From the human T2T-CHM13v2.0 reference genome, Homo sapiens: 64,000 bases of DNA. Shown here piece by piece: positions 32,925 through 49,061 of the stretch; position 1 is the first letter of the stretch, and each line of letters starts with the position of its first letter. Below the pieces are notes generated by a model. It made no database searches. It saw only the letters and a list, made by a program, of their open reading frames with translations, and was not told where the DNA came from. Where the stretch lies: NCBI RefSeq assembly GCF_009914755.1, contig NC_060932.1; one strand, given 5' to 3'. Position numbers and translations under genes: made by a program.

Positions 32925-33078
32925 GCGCTACACTAAGTATGAGACCAGCCCCCATTCCAATAGAGGACCCTGAATGGAGACAAACGCCTCCCCCAGTCTC
33001 TGCCACATCTGGTACTTTCCGACTGCGACGAGGGAGTCGATTTACCTGGAGAAAGGAGTGCCTGGCTGTTATGGAAAG
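32925..33078 (+). CDS. HMBOX1: HMBOX1 internal coding exon (154 nt, phase 1-2), linker and homeodomain N-terminal arm/helix 1
   Basis: Acceptor cttgtttatttcag, donor AG|gtatgt. Translates (G)ATLSMRPAPIPIEDPEWRQTPPPVSATSGTFRLRRGSRFTWRKECLAVME(S). Lies within ORF 32912..33196. Confidence 0.97.
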
Positions 33079-35059
33079 GTATGTGTCTCCTTTTTCTACG
33101 AATGATCTCCCAAACTTAGGGAAGACATCAACTCTGGATAGACTGGGACAGTTTTCATTTCAAACAAGTAACTTGGTATCTTGGTTCTATCTCTAAAAGT
33201 ACTTTAGAATATCATAAATGCTGTATTATAGAAATAAGGTGATCTTAGCATTGAGAATTCATAAAGCTGGAGTTAGCATCTGTCAATTTATTTTACTTAT
33301 AATAGTGTCCCCAGTAATTTAAGAAATGTTGGAATAAATATTTTTTGAATTCAGATCTTTGTATTATATTTTGGAAAAACTCTTTGAAGTCTTCTTTTCA
33401 TCAAAAATAATGAATAATTGTATAGGAGACTACTGAGATTTAACTTTCCTTTAATAAGGAGTATGGTCTAAGTAAGCTTTGTCCCAAAGGTTAAAAATAC
33501 TTATTTTTGACTTTGTTTTAGTAATTTATCCTCTCATTCTGTCACCAGTACCTGATCCATAGTAGGCACTCAGTGGTTTTTTTTTTAACCTGAATTTGAC
33601 CGTAGCTTCAATTTTCCTATCTGAAATGGTATAAATTAATTATGATTGTGAAATGTTTGGCATACTTAGCATAGATCCTATAGTAGAATTATCTTTTTAG
33701 TCATCTACTTGTAAGTGATGTTTACAGAATTTTGTTTCAATGGAATTTTGTTTATATGCAATTAGGTAATAATGTTCCAGCTGTACATTTTTCTTATCTG
33801 ACCTGACTAGTAGAATTGGTATATTGGACAGAGCACTGGACTCAGAGTCAGAAGACCTATACCCAACTAACTTTGTTTAGGTCACAAACTCTCAGCTGTA
33901 ACTTCATGTCTAAAATGAAATTTTTTGATAGCCAATATGTCATCTAAGACTTTTGCCATCTCTCATCCTGCTACTTTCTGATTATTTCCCAGCTCATGAA
34001 CTTCACTACCTGAAAGAGAGGGAGATTTAAAATGCCGAAATTCAGATGTTTTTGTTCATGTGATATAGTTGAAATTAATAGGTTTGCTTAAGGTGAAGGT
34101 GAGATCCAGTATCCAAAATGAGACTATAGGTTATCCACTGATGTTGTCATCTATTCCTTTCCTTGCTCTCTTTATTATAGATAAGAGCAGAAGCCATTTA
34201 TTGAATAATGAATCCTTATATGCTTGAGTCATTAAAGTGAAAGAATGAGACATTATTGTCCTGGAGACCTGACATTTACAATCTGCTCTGCTTTTCTCAT
34301 CTAGAAATTTTTATTCTTTTTGAAAATTTCTTTAGAACTTGGCACACAGCAGATGAGAATTAAAATAATGTCTAACTTAAATTGCAACATTGTACATTTT
34401 CCTTTAGGTATTAGTTTCTACCTGGTGCTAAGTTCTAATTGTGCTAGTGACTTAGCCAGTTAGTTTTTTTCATGAAAATACCAGTATATATTTATCACAA
34501 AATGTCATCATGAGAAAGAATTAAGTTAAAAATTGATGACATTAATATCAATAGGTGATATTCCTAATGTACTTTCAGAGTTGAACCTCAGAGACTTAGG
34601 GATTCTTATTTTCCTTGGCAGCAAGAATTAGTCACAGAATCACACGGAATTTTAATTAAAAAGATATTGAGCATTTACCCTATGACTCCTATTTAGTCTT
34701 AATTTATGTTTTTTAACATTAATTTTAATTAATAAATGGCTTTATCTAATCCAGGAGTTGGTTATCTTTGGCTTAATTTTATGTTACCTGGCACAACTAG
34801 AAAGAGGATGTGGTTTATGCCAATAGTTGCAAAAGCACAGAAAGCCTTTCAAAATACTTAATAGTACAGAAGGTCACACAGTATGATTTTTGTTCTGTAA
34901 AAATGGAACTTTTTGTTATCCAAAATGACATATAAAATTCCTATCCTTAGTATGACGCATATTTTTTTCCTTGACTGCATGGGTAAATAAATACATATGC
35001 ATAGACTGTAAAACCAGCAAAGTAAGCCTTACTCAAATGTTGGTATAAGATAAAAGTAA

Positions 35060-35360
35060 GGCTGGACATGGTGGTTCACACCTATAATTTCAGCTTTGGG
35101 AGGCCAAGGCAGAAGGATCACTTGAGGCCAAGAGTTTGAGACCAGCCTGGGCAACATAGCAAAACCCCATCTCTACAAAAAATTCAAAAAATATCTGGGC
35201 GTGGTGGCATACACTTGCATTCCTAGCTACTCAGGAGGCTGACATGAGAGGATTGCTTGAGCCCAGGAGTTTGAGGTTACAGTGAGCTATGATTGCACCA
35301 CTGCACCCCAACCTGGGCGACATAGTAAGATCCTATCTCAAAAATTAAAATGAAATTTTA
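35060..35360 (+). mobile_element. AluJ
   Basis: gaggattgcttgagcccaggagtttgagg, a J-type right arm. Confidence 0.92.
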
Positions 35361-35738
35361 AAAAAGTAAAAAATTATTCCATTCTTCATACATCAAGATA
35401 AATTTCAAATGAGTCAAAGAAGTGAATCCATATAAATAATAGAAGAAAACATGAGTGGTCCCTTCATATCCTGGCAATGGGAAAAATATTTCCTAACCAT
35501 GACCCAAAATCTAAAAACAATAAAGGAAAAGATTGATAAATATGATTACATAAATTAAAAGAAAAACTTTGGAGGGAGTAAAAGCTGAGCAAAGTAAAAG
35601 ACAAATTGGAAAAAAAAATTGCAACTTTTATTATCCCTAATAAAGAGCTCTTAAAAGACCAATAACTCTATCTTTATTGGGCTAAAGATAGGAGAAAAAA
35701 TGCAAATGGTCCTTGAACATATGAAAATATGCTCAATC

Positions 35739-36075
<337 letters not shown>

Positions 36076-36307
36076 TTAAAACTACATTGAGATACTATTC
36101 TTCACTTATTACATTGACAAAAATCCAAAAGTTTGGCAACATTTTATATTGATTGGGCGGGCTGTAGAGAAACAGACACTCTCATACGTTACTTGTAGAA
36201 ATGCAAAATGAAACAACTTAATGGAAGGGAATTCGGCAATATCAAGGAAAATTACCTATGAGTTTACCCTTTGACTTGACATTCCTACTTCTAGAAAATT
36301 ATCTTAG

Positions 36308-36600
<293 letters not shown>

Positions 36601-37544
36601 GAATCTTAAAGATATACTGGCAAAAATATGAAAAGATAACAGCACTGTTTTTACTAATTTCAAAATACAGAAGATGACCTAAATGTCTATTTGTAGTAAC
36701 TATGTCAATAAATTATAGCACATCCATGTATTGGATGTTGAAACCCATGTAGTGGAGTACTATGCAGCTAAAGAACAAAAAACTCTGTATACAGTGATCT
36801 CCAGGATATAACATTAAGTTTAAAACAAGGCAGAATCAACTGTATATAATACAAAGCTGTCATTTATGTATTTGCTTATAACTTATTTTAAAATGGAGGA
36901 ATAAACCATAAAATAAATGGTTATCAATAAAAGAGAAACAACTTAGAAGAGAGGTAGAAGCTAGATTTCTCGGAAAATACTTTGTTTTGACCTGTAACTA
37001 AATTACGTAATTATATATCAAAATTTAAAATCAGGGAAAAAATGGGGGGGAGGGGGGGAGGTGACCTTTAAAAAATAACTAAAATTAAACCTGTATATCA
37101 AAATAGTGCCTTAAACACCCAAGAATTATCTCAAATGTGTTTATAACACAGTAATTTCCTATACTTCCCAAGTGGGAAACAGCTTAAGAATAAAAAGAAA
37201 CACCAAAAAAATCTTACACTGTTTCTACTAAATTTGGTATTATAGATACTGCTATTCAGGTACTATTTTTATTTACATAGCTAGATAGGTATAGATATAG
37301 ATGTAGGTACAGATAAAACAAATAGTCATATTAGAGTTATTAGGAACCAAGATTGTCAGTGCAAAGGAAAAGAGAAATATAAAATCAAAAGATTTAAATA
37401 AAACACTGTAGTCTTCTGTATGTTTGCATAGAGATAGAAATTTATCTTGATTTAAAAAAAACAGCCTTAATGAGATACAATTCATCTATTTAAAGTGTAC
37501 AATTTAATGCTTTTTAGTATATTCACAGAATTATGCAACCATAA

Positions 37545-37870
<326 letters not shown>

Positions 37871-37969
37871 CAATTTTAGTAACCATAAGATTGATCAGTG
37901 AATTCAGTGTTACCTTCTTGATTCACTTATTAAAAAATCCCCTATTAACCATCTACCTAATAGTTTTAG

Positions 37970-38146
37970 AGCATTGATTCTTAAATCTGGATGCATATTA
38001 GGATCACCCGAGGAGCTTTTAAAACTATCAGGGGGCTTCACCCCTGATGGACTGAATCTTAATCTCTGGGTGTAGAGCCTAGGCAGAGATATATTTTGAA
38101 AAGTTTCCAAGTGATTCTGAAGTGTAGGCTGGACTGAGAATCACTG
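37970..38146. mobile_element. MER5A-like hAT-Charlie element
   Basis: cattgattcttaaa ... tgcatattaggatcacc ... ccaagtgattctga ... gagaatcactg. Confidence 0.7.
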
Positions 38147-38971
38147 TTTTGTTATCTATCGACGATTGTTTCCCAATCATTTTTCCATAAGGAGTCACAA
38201 GTTGTTGTATTGAAATTTATTTCTTGTACATTAATCAGCTGGAATTCTTCTGTAAAGAACTTTCCCTCATCAACAATTTGGTTACCCTGAAATGTACTCC
38301 CTCACAAATGTGTGGCAGCAGGGAGGGAGCTAACATGTAAGTAATTATGGAACTGAGAAGTGAATGCTATTATGACAAAAGGAGCATGTAGAGAAAAGAG
38401 GAAAACTACACCAAAGTGGTAACATTTTGGGTGCATTCAGATGAGGGATAGGAGTTCATGAGTTAGAGAATCTGAGAAAAGGCATTATAATGTTAGGAGC
38501 ATTCTTACTTTGATTATTCAGAACTTGGTTATACTGTGCATTCTATAATTAAACAAGCACCATGGTTAATTATACCGTAAGTGTTGGCATTCGGGCCTTA
38601 TGTAGGAGATGTATCTGATTAGATTGGTCTGTTAGATAATAGCGGTAGGAGTGTGGATAATGGACAAGAAATCAATCAAGTATGTATTTTAACACATACT
38701 ACATGCATATAATCAGGGGGAAATAAATGTAAAATAAAATGTAAAATATATTTAAGTTATAATATCTGCCTTCATAAATCTTAAGGCAGTAATAGCTTAC
38801 ATTTGAATAGGAATTTAATTACTATACAGTTACTGATTTTATTGATAATTATACGAAATTATTTTTATTTAATCTTCACAATTCTATACTGTAGGTATGT
38901 TATTATTTGCAGTTTATATATAAGAGCCTCAGAGAAAGGAAGTGACTAACCCATATGCAAATGGATTAGAG

Positions 38972-39209
38972 CAGGGGTCCCTAACCCCTGGGCTGTGGAC
39001 CTCCACACAGTAGGAGGCAAGTGGCAGCAGAGCAAGCATTACTGCCTGAGCTCCACCTGCTGTGAGATCAGCAGCAGCATTAGATTCTCATAGGAGCTCG
39101 AACTCTTCATTTTCATCCCTAAACCACCCTCCCTACCCCCCACCCCGTCGGTGGAAAAATTGTCTTCCACGAAACTGGCCTCTGGTGCCAAAAAGGTTGG
39201 AGAACACTG
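38972..39209. mobile_element. MER1B-like hAT-Charlie MITE
   Basis: caggggtccctaacccc ... aaaaaggttggagaacactg; 8-bp TSD gattagag/gagtagag. Confidence 0.88.
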
Positions 39210-40210
39210 GAGTAGAGGAGGAATAGATGGAGGCCAGCTTAGGAAGCTATTAGAGTAACCTATGCATGACTGCTGAGGGTCTAAGCTATATTGTAAAAGC
39301 AAAAGGATAGAAAATGGATAAAAAGTGATAGATATCAGAAAAAAAATGGAAGAAAAACAATCTAACCTAGTCACACATTGAATGACAAAGCAGGAAATAT
39401 GTAAGAGTTGAGCATAGTGATAGTCAGAGAGCCTCTGGGAGACAGTACCTGCCATTAGAAAATGCTTTCACTTTGGGCAAATCATTCAGCATCTCTGGGC
39501 CCCAGGTGCCACATTTATGAAGAGTTAAATATCATGATGAAGTAAAAAGACAGACTTCAGAGCCACACAGACTTAGGAATTAGTCACAGCTTCACTTTAT
39601 GTTAATCTGTGGGAATTTCAGCTTTCTATAAAGTGGAGATGGTTATTATGAGAAGAGTTATGAGAATTATTTGAGATAATATGTGCAAATCACACAGTAG
39701 AATGCCTTTCTCATAACCATTGTTAGACCAGTGTTCTTTTTCCATCTAAGCTTCTTCTAGTTTAATGCTTTGACTGTGAAGTCACCTCAAGATTTCTGTG
39801 TTAGAGAGTTCAGTGGCACTAGAAATGGAGATTTGGGAGTCATCAATATATTAGGTACAGTTAAAGCCATGAGTGTGAATAAACTCTGGTTAAATATATC
39901 CATTTATACAGTTCCTGCATTTTTGCAGCGAAATGTGGCTGGAGAAAAACTTAAAACCCTGCTGACTGATCTCATTTTAAATTCATGACCGCTAACCTCA
40001 AGTGGGTCTTTAATTCTGCCAAGCAGAATTAATACTATACCTTTCTGGTTTATTTTTTCCCACTCTCCTGTAAGATTATTTCACACTTTCTTCTCTCTGT
40101 GCAAACTCCCCATCCTCATTCTCTTATGATGACCTTGCTCATCATGAACGGAAATGAGGAAAATCAAGCAATCAGAGGAGACTGTCCACAAACTACCTAC
40201 TTGCTACCAT

Positions 40211-40212
<2 letters not shown>

Positions 40213-40249
<37 letters not shown>
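40213..40249. repeat. (AC)18 microsatellite
   Basis: Perfect AC run. Confidence 0.97.
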
Positions 40250-40255
<6 letters not shown>

Positions 40256-40414
40256 CTGCCTCTTAACATACCCAGAGCACTTCAATGATATGTATATTTC
40301 CTAGCGTGTGTCTTGGTGCATCATTCATATATATGTGCATTTTCTCCTTCTCTGACCTCATTCCACTGTGTATTCCACATATTTGACTTCTAAAATATCC
40401 AATTCCAAAAACAT

Positions 40415-40712
40415 TTATTGTCACAAAGGACAATATTGTGTGATTCCATTTATATGAAGTATCTGGAGTAGGCAAACCTATAGAGACAGAAAGTAGATAA
40501 ATGTGTTACCTAGGGCTAGGGGAGGATAGGGGTGTTGGGTGGGGGATGTGATGGCTAAGGGGTATGTGTTTCTTTTTGGGGTGATGAAGATTTGTAAAAT
40601 CAGTTGTGGAGGTGCTTGTACAACTTTGTGAATATGCTGAAAACTATTAAATTGTATGCCTTAAATAAGTGAAGTTTTTGATATATGAATTATATCAAGC
40701 TGCTTTAAAAAA
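40415..40712 (+). mobile_element. L1MB 3' terminal fragment
   Basis: tgattccatttatatgaagtatctggagtaggcaaacctatagagacagaaagtag ... gaattatatc ... gctgctttaaaaaaa. Confidence 0.8.
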
Positions 40713-43700
40713 AGGCATTTATTCAGTGCACTGTTAGAAGCTTCACATATACTTACCCTCCATATTTAATCCTCACTGCAGGCCTGGTTTTTCCTTTTTC
40801 TAATGAGGCAGTCAAGGCTCAAAGAGGTTGAATAACTAACTTCCTAAGACCACAGAGCTAACAAGTGTCCCAGTCACATGTGGATGTTTAGCCAGTGCTA
40901 TTCACAGATTTGAGTTCTTATTAACTAAGAAGAATGTTATTTTAATTTGGGTATATACTGATGGTTTTTAATTTGTGGACTTGGGCTTCGTTAACTCTAA
41001 AGTCTGATGTCCCTAGATTAATATATGTTACAACCTTCCATTTGTTTAAGAGCATATGGGGATTATAACAGGGAAAAGATGAAACAAGAATGGCAAAATG
41101 GTTGTTAATTGTTGAAGCTGGTATGTAGGGGGTTGTGGGTTTATTATATTTGTGTGGGTTTAAAATTTTTATAATTAAAAAGGATTTTGTTGTTTTTAAA
41201 GAGGACCTGACTAGATTTTAATGGATAAAATATATAATTGACTAATATTTATTCTTTTTTTAATAAAGCATTTGCTGTGTGTTAGCACTAACCTAGGCTT
41301 ACCTTAAGTAGTTTACATATTCTCAAGGGGAAAAAAAGTCATCTGTAGTGTATGTCTGAAATATCTGCATATGCAAATAATGTGATTCTACAATGCTCAA
41401 ACGTGATTCTGCAAACCTAACTGTCCATTTGTTCATTCATTCAATGAAGTACTTACGGGCTGTGAGGCAAAGTGCTAGGGATAGAAAGAACAGATACATT
41501 TAAGGGTGAGAAGAGTGAAAGGAGTAGATCTGAAGAGAAGGTTTTTGTCAGAAGTGTTGAAGGCTTCATGGCCTAGGAGAGTGACTTCTAATGTACTCTT
41601 TCCTTACTAATCTTTCAGCATTTTGGGCTACATATTCCTTTATCTTTGGAAACAGGTGTGTCTCTGGAGCATTAGTGTATGTGACTGGGACACAAAAGAA
41701 TAAGACCTGGCTATTGCACCTATTCTAGTCTCAAGGGAGGAAGGTAAAATAAGCCTCCAAATCTCCTTATAGGTTTTTCAACCCAACTAAGCAAGAAGGA
41801 AAGAGAAGCAACAACTTGGAAAAAAGCTTTGACTGGATGCAGGAATAAATGTGAGAATACCTAGCAGTGATAGGTAGAAGCAATAGAATATAGTGGTTAA
41901 TAGTACCAGCTTGGGGGCCAAATTTGTGTGGAAAGGTTACTGATTGCTATAATTTTTAATCGAAGTGGCTGAATGATGACCCTGTATTTGGGTGTATCCA
42001 GGAACATGCAAATTAAATGCTAATGAAGGCAAATGAATATCTCTGTTTGTGTTTGTAATTAAAACTATTGCGTGTTTTATTTTTCTTATGGATAAGTATA
42101 TTGAATGTGTTTTTGTTATCAAATTCTGTCCATGGTCATCTTCAGTGAGCAATATAAAACAAAATCATTAGTAAAGCCTAGAACCCTCTGAAATTATACA
42201 GAAAATATTTTGTTTTTGTTGTTTTAACCCCTGTCAGTCTCCAAAACAGCTTTAAAAAATTAATCCAAAATATTCTCCCGGGCAAGGAATCAGCATTAAA
42301 AATTTTAGCTTGAGAGTATCTCTTTCCCCCAAATTTAAGCATCTAAAAATGAGGTCTTAGAATAAAAGTGTGTCTTCATGAACAAAAATAGCATCACAAC
42401 CACAATACTATAACGAACCAAAATTATATCATAGTTTTAAATTTGGTGTCACTGCTGTTAACCTGACATGTATAAAATCTGAATTAGAGACATGCATCTC
42501 TAGTAACCAAGTGGATTTTATTCAAGGATGCTATACATCCTGGGAGAACTAGCATGGAAGAGACAAATCAGCTTGTAAAGCGATTTCTAGAACATTGCTT
42601 GAGGTTTCTGTAATTTAATTTTCTTGGTTTTCACTGCATTTTGGAATTCTTCCCAGGACAGTTTATTAGTACATAGACTTTGGTTTCAGTCTCTTTCCTT
42701 TCTCCTCTTTACTTTTAATTTTTTCAGTGAAGGTTAAGACTAACAGTTCCAGAAACTAAATTCTATATTTAACTGCAGTCTGGGTGTGGTTCAGACAACT
42801 GCAGTGCAACTTGCCTAGTGTTTTGCCAGTCATCAAAACCCTGACCTGCAAAGAACATTCCTTTTCCTAGTCTTCTGACTCTGAACTATGCTGAGTGATG
42901 ATATGATGATCTGCAGTAATACTTTCATATGTGTAAATAATGACAAAAGAGACTCATAGGTTCAAGCTTCAAGTGACTGTGGAAGATCAGTTTCTTCTGT
43001 GCTCTTTTATAGCAATCTCTGAATAATATTAACCTGCCCTATTTTCCTAGTGTCACTTCCTGTTATTCTTTTATTACCTTTATTAACCACAGTGAGATTT
43101 TTTAAATATTTACCCAGGAAGCTCTCTCCACTTCTGCTCTCATTTCATGAAGCTATGTTTTCATTTAGTATATTTTTTCTTCTTGTTTGCTTTATATAAT
43201 TTGAGGCTTTCTTGTCATTTAAAAATGAAGAAATAACTTCTAGTAGGATTTTCCGCCTATTAAAAAAACACTCTACTTCTTGAAGAGAATCCTGTTACTT
43301 TGCAAAATGCAAAAATAATCATGTTTTTCTTCCTTAGCAGTATCCTCAGTTTGTTATGGCATTGTGATAGTGATGCTATTTTGTTTATATCCTTCATTAT
43401 TTTGTATAATGTTCCAATATTTATATCACTTATGCAGAAATCTATGGAGTTAGAGACCCTTTTAATGTCAGTAAGATTACACCTAGCCAGAGAAATAATT
43501 AGAGCAGAAATACTTATAAATCCTTTCTAATATTGCTCTTCTGAAACATTAAAACCTATCTGGATGTTTCTTTGGACAGCAGCTTGTGTCATGTGAACAA
43601 TAAGTGACTTTTGCTCTTGTTGTACAAAAAAATATAAATTGCATCTACTGACCACTGATTCCATTTAAGCAGTCCAGGTGTAAGCTGAGAGCCTTCGTTT

Positions 43701-44389
43701 GATTTCATTTACCTATATTTGGTCACCATTACTGCAAAGAATAAGGAAGTGACCCTAAAGATCATCTAGTTCAGTTTGTTGTTTAGATCAAGAACCTGTA
43801 ATTCAAAGAGACTAATTAACTTGGTTACATTCACAGAATAAATGAGATTAAGTTGCTTATTTTGAGAACTTACGGTTACGGGAACCGTAAAATATGATTT
43901 GAAGAATAATTCTACTCATTGAACTTCTCAGCCCTTTATCTTCCTTAACTTTTATGTGGTAAACATTTATTGACGGTTGCTAAGGTTTAGACTAAGAATT
44001 GGGACACAGAGATGAGGAAGACAAAAGTCCTTATTTCATTTAACCCAAATTTCTTCTCTTTGTACTTCTTGTTTCTCTTAGGCCCCCTTATTATTATTAC
44101 TATTATTATCTTTTTTTTTGCTTTTGTTCCTAAACTCCTTTCTGTATCTTCCTCTTCCTTACCTTCTGGTACTTTAGTTTGCCAAAAAGACTTCTGTTTA
44201 TTTCTTTTTCTTTTCTTTTACACTTACTTCTTTTAAGCACACCCTCTACCCTCCAACTCTGTTGTTAGTTTTGTTGATTATAATGTAAAACTGAAGTATA
44301 TGCTTTAGCATATCTTATATTTTCTGAATAAAGTATTAGGTTCCAGTTTTTTTTTTTTTTTTCATGTAAAAAGCAAATTGGTCAATACC

Positions 44390-44685
<296 letters not shown>

Positions 44686-47600
44686 GGTCAATAACCTATT
44701 TTTAAAATCAATTAGTAAATGTTATGTAATTTCTTAAAATGTCCTTCAAGTTATTAAAATTATATCACTCTATGATTCTAAATAATTTCCTGTTTTTGCG
44801 TAGAGCCTTTGTTTTCTCTGAGATTCTGTGGCTTTGGATAAGAAATTATTTCCCACCCTAGAATTAAATCTTTGGAAAATAACTGATTCTTAGTATAACA
44901 ACATGAACAGACTAACTTCAAAAAACAAAATCACGTCCATAACTAAGCTCTGGCAGAAGAGCAGTTCTTCAGGACTGTGTTTTAATGCATATTCTCATGA
45001 TCTATCTTAATACTTTGTTTAGCAATCAGCTTGGATTGTGGTTCCCTCAGTTTTTATGGTTATGCATTATAGAAATGAAATATCTTGAGGTTGCTGCAAT
45101 CTGAAAATGGAAAGAAATTATTGTTCACCTACCTTTTTATCAGTCTAGGTAGTTAGAATTGCTTCCTTCTTCCTTATAAATGAGAAAACTAAAAACTCAC
45201 CTTCCTACTGCTTAGAAGAAATCACCTTCTTTTATTTTTCAGTTTATCTCTAAAACTTGTTTCAGTGCCTTACAGTTGCAAAAAGAACTTACATTTCATT
45301 TTCTTCTTTATTATGTTGCTGCTGAATTGAGCGAACTAGCTGAGGATATCTTCTTCATATCTCATATCAAAGAGCCCATGTGTCTGACCAAGATGGTGGT
45401 TATATTTGGATAGGAAATTCAGCGAATGTTTTTCCAGCTTCTTTACATTCAACTCTGATAGCTTTGTAGCAAGTGGCTAAGTCAGTGATGATGAATTTAT
45501 TAAGTAGAATATCATTGTAAGATGACAGATATGGCCTATGTAAATTTGAAGAAAATATAAATGAAATAATGTTAAGCAAAAGAAGAAACAGTATATTATT
45601 ATAATAACGTAAAAAGCCATAAATATCCAAAGATAAATATTGAGAGAAATAAATAATTTACCTTATATATTTAATAGTCTGTACATTTTTTTCTTGTCAT
45701 TTTTTTTTTTTCTGATGACATAGTGGTTAAAAACACAGACTTTGGAGTTAGAACAACTGGTGCTCCAGGCCCTACCCTCTTACTCACCAGCTATGTGTCC
45801 TTATGGAAATTGCTTATTATAAATGACTTTAATAACCATACCTATCTAATAGGAGTACTTTGGTATGGCTTTAGGAACATACCTTTTCTAATAGTGTTGC
45901 TCCTCAACACTGTGCCCCGTGCTGAGGAGTGTGGAAAGATTAGCTCCTAGCCCTGGCAGGCTCAGTCCATTGGAGGAGTCAGGTTAAAAATGTCATGCAA
46001 GAGATGTGTACCAAGTACAATAAGGACACAGGAGAGTGGTGCAAGGAAAGGAAACCCTGAGGTGACAGTGGAGTGGGGTCCTGGAGAGCAGTACAGTTTC
46101 AATGAGGTGAGAAGAGGAAGAATGACATGGCCAGTAGTGGGAGCACCATGTGCAAAGGCACAGAGGCTGGAAAAATGAGGCTGCTGAGTGTCTGCTCAGT
46201 TGGGTGGGAAATGAGGCTGAGTGAGTAGGTTGCAGCCAGATTGGGAATGACCTTACATTGCGACATTTGCAACATTTGTCTTTCGCAAAGCATCCTATTT
46301 GTATCTATGTGAAGTAAGTTCTTTTAATAACCAAAAAACATTTTTCTTCATCAGTTTTTGGGGTTGTTGGTGCCACTTTTCTCCCAGATATAAAACAGAA
46401 GTAGTAACTCTTTCATGCCAATGATTCAAACTTTTTTGGGGGTGGGAGGAGGGGGGTGGATTTTCTGTTAATATTTGTAAAACATCCTGGGAATTAAAAA
46501 ATTGAAACTGTTTTGAAAAATCTTTCTAGCCTTCTTTAAGACAGAAGCCTAAGTAAGATTCTCCTTTCTACATGATCAAGGAAACATCTTGAAATTCCAG
46601 TCATTTTCAATTAGAAAAAAAAAAAATCTTTTGATCAATTTTTTTTTCCTGCTGATTTGTGTTACACAGGTACATTGTTAACAAAAATTATAAAATTCAG
46701 TTTTTCTTTAACTGACTTCTATTATAAAGGTGCATTGCTAGGATGAAAATTTGGGCAATATCTTTGCCAGAATGAATTATTTCACCATCTGCTAAGTAAA
46801 GTTGACTTGGTATTTCAGTGGTGCAGTTTTTATGCTCCTTTGGGCTAGGGTTTGGTTATACTCGGCTGGTCTATAGGCTGGCATAGTGCTGTATGTAAAG
46901 TCTGATATTACAGAGTGTCACTTGAACTTGATTGAATATTTAAGAAGATCCTATAACTTTAACAAAATTAGAAAATATTACCACCCTCTTTCCCCCACCG
47001 TACATGTTAGACTCAAGGTGGGAGATACGGTAGTGCAGTATTTTCTAATTTTGTTAAAATCGTAAGGCATTCAAATCAATTCGATGATTGATAATAATAA
47101 TCAAAAGATTTAAAGTGATCCAATCAAAATGACTCAAAAAACAGGAAAATTACTTTTGAATGCCTCAGTGTTGTTTTCCTTAGAACATTATATCATTCTC
47201 ATCCATTAAAAAAACATTTTGTGGGAGCAGAGTTGAGTCCTTTAAAATGTGATGTTTGTCCTGGCCTATAATGAATGAGGATGTAAAACGTGCACTCTGC
47301 CCTCCCTTAGGCTGTTTTGCCACCACCGCAACCCCTGGCAAGCTGGTCTTCCTTCCTGTCTCTTCTGATGTCATTGCTGTTCTAAGAGAACATGCTGGAA
47401 GAATACACTATAAATTTTGGGATTAATTATGCCGGAAGTTGTATTTTAAAAGAAGTTTATCCTCTTTTATACTCCTTATGGAATGACTCGGGTGGAACAT
47501 AATGAACTACACCTCCTGTATCTCTCTACAAATAGAAGGCAGTTCTTAACATTTAAATAGACAGCAGGAGCCTGGACATGACCTCATTTCAATCCATTAG

Positions 47601-48742
47601 ACTATTTGAGGAAAAAACAACAAAATTTTCCCACTTATTGACAGGTAAAGTTATCCCAATCCATTTCTCATAGCCAGTAAGAAGATGAACTGTGCTTAAA
47701 TGTATTTTAAAATTGGCAAATTATACTTCCTGGTTCCTTTTTGGTCAAACAGAAATAGCCAGAAGAGAAATTATCATGATGTTTTTGAGGCAGATTAAAA
47801 TTTTTCTCTATCCTCATAGAGATGCTTTGCTAGCAGTTTCATTTTGTACAAATGGCATACCCCTTATTTCTCTAGTCCCCAAGCCAATTAAACAGGGCAA
47901 AAGACCCCACGTTCCTCATACAATGTTCTGTGGCCGCAGTTTACAAATAAATGAAGCACAGTTAGGTAAATACTGGTGTTGTATATAATGAGTGACCAAT
48001 TAAGTATATGATTCATCCCAGAGCAGAATTCTAGGCATCATATTATAAACATTAATACCAAGGGAGATCAACTTATAGACGAATTGGAAAATCTTCACAG
48101 AAAACTAGTGAGCCTTCAAAAACTCAAGCAAATATTTATTGAGCTTCTACTTTGTACCAATCATTGTAATAGATAACTGAGCAATACAGTAATTAACAAG
48201 ACAAATGTGGTTCTGGCCTTAATGGCATTAAGAAATCATTATTGTTATACTAAACATTCACAACATGTACAGAGGCTTATATATGTGTTTGGTGTTTGAA
48301 GATCTCAGTTGGTAGGATCTGAACTTGTTGGTGAATATCCAAGTTTGGTTGAGGAAACTTGAATGGACTGTGTTAGTTTAGTGGTAGGAGGCATCTAAAA
48401 GTGGTCTTAGAGTATACTTTGAAAACCTAGGAGTCCTGATTATAGTAGTGTCTCATCCAAATATTCTATTTAATTGGTTCCTACTTTGACACGTCGTCCA
48501 TGAAATTAAAAGGCCAGATTAAGCTATGTTTCTGTCCTTCTTGACATTATTATGTAATTGTCATCATCTTACTAGGTTTGTCATCAAAATATTTTTGCTC
48601 TGCAGTGTGACTGTGAAGAAATTTATTTAGCTTGTATACAATTGGTAAGATAACTTTCCAGCTCTGTCAGTATTAATATAAGTAGCATAATTTTTGGTCA
48701 AATGTTATCAGAATTAATTTGGCTTTTCAAGAGGCAATTGAG

Positions 48743-49061
<319 letters not shown>

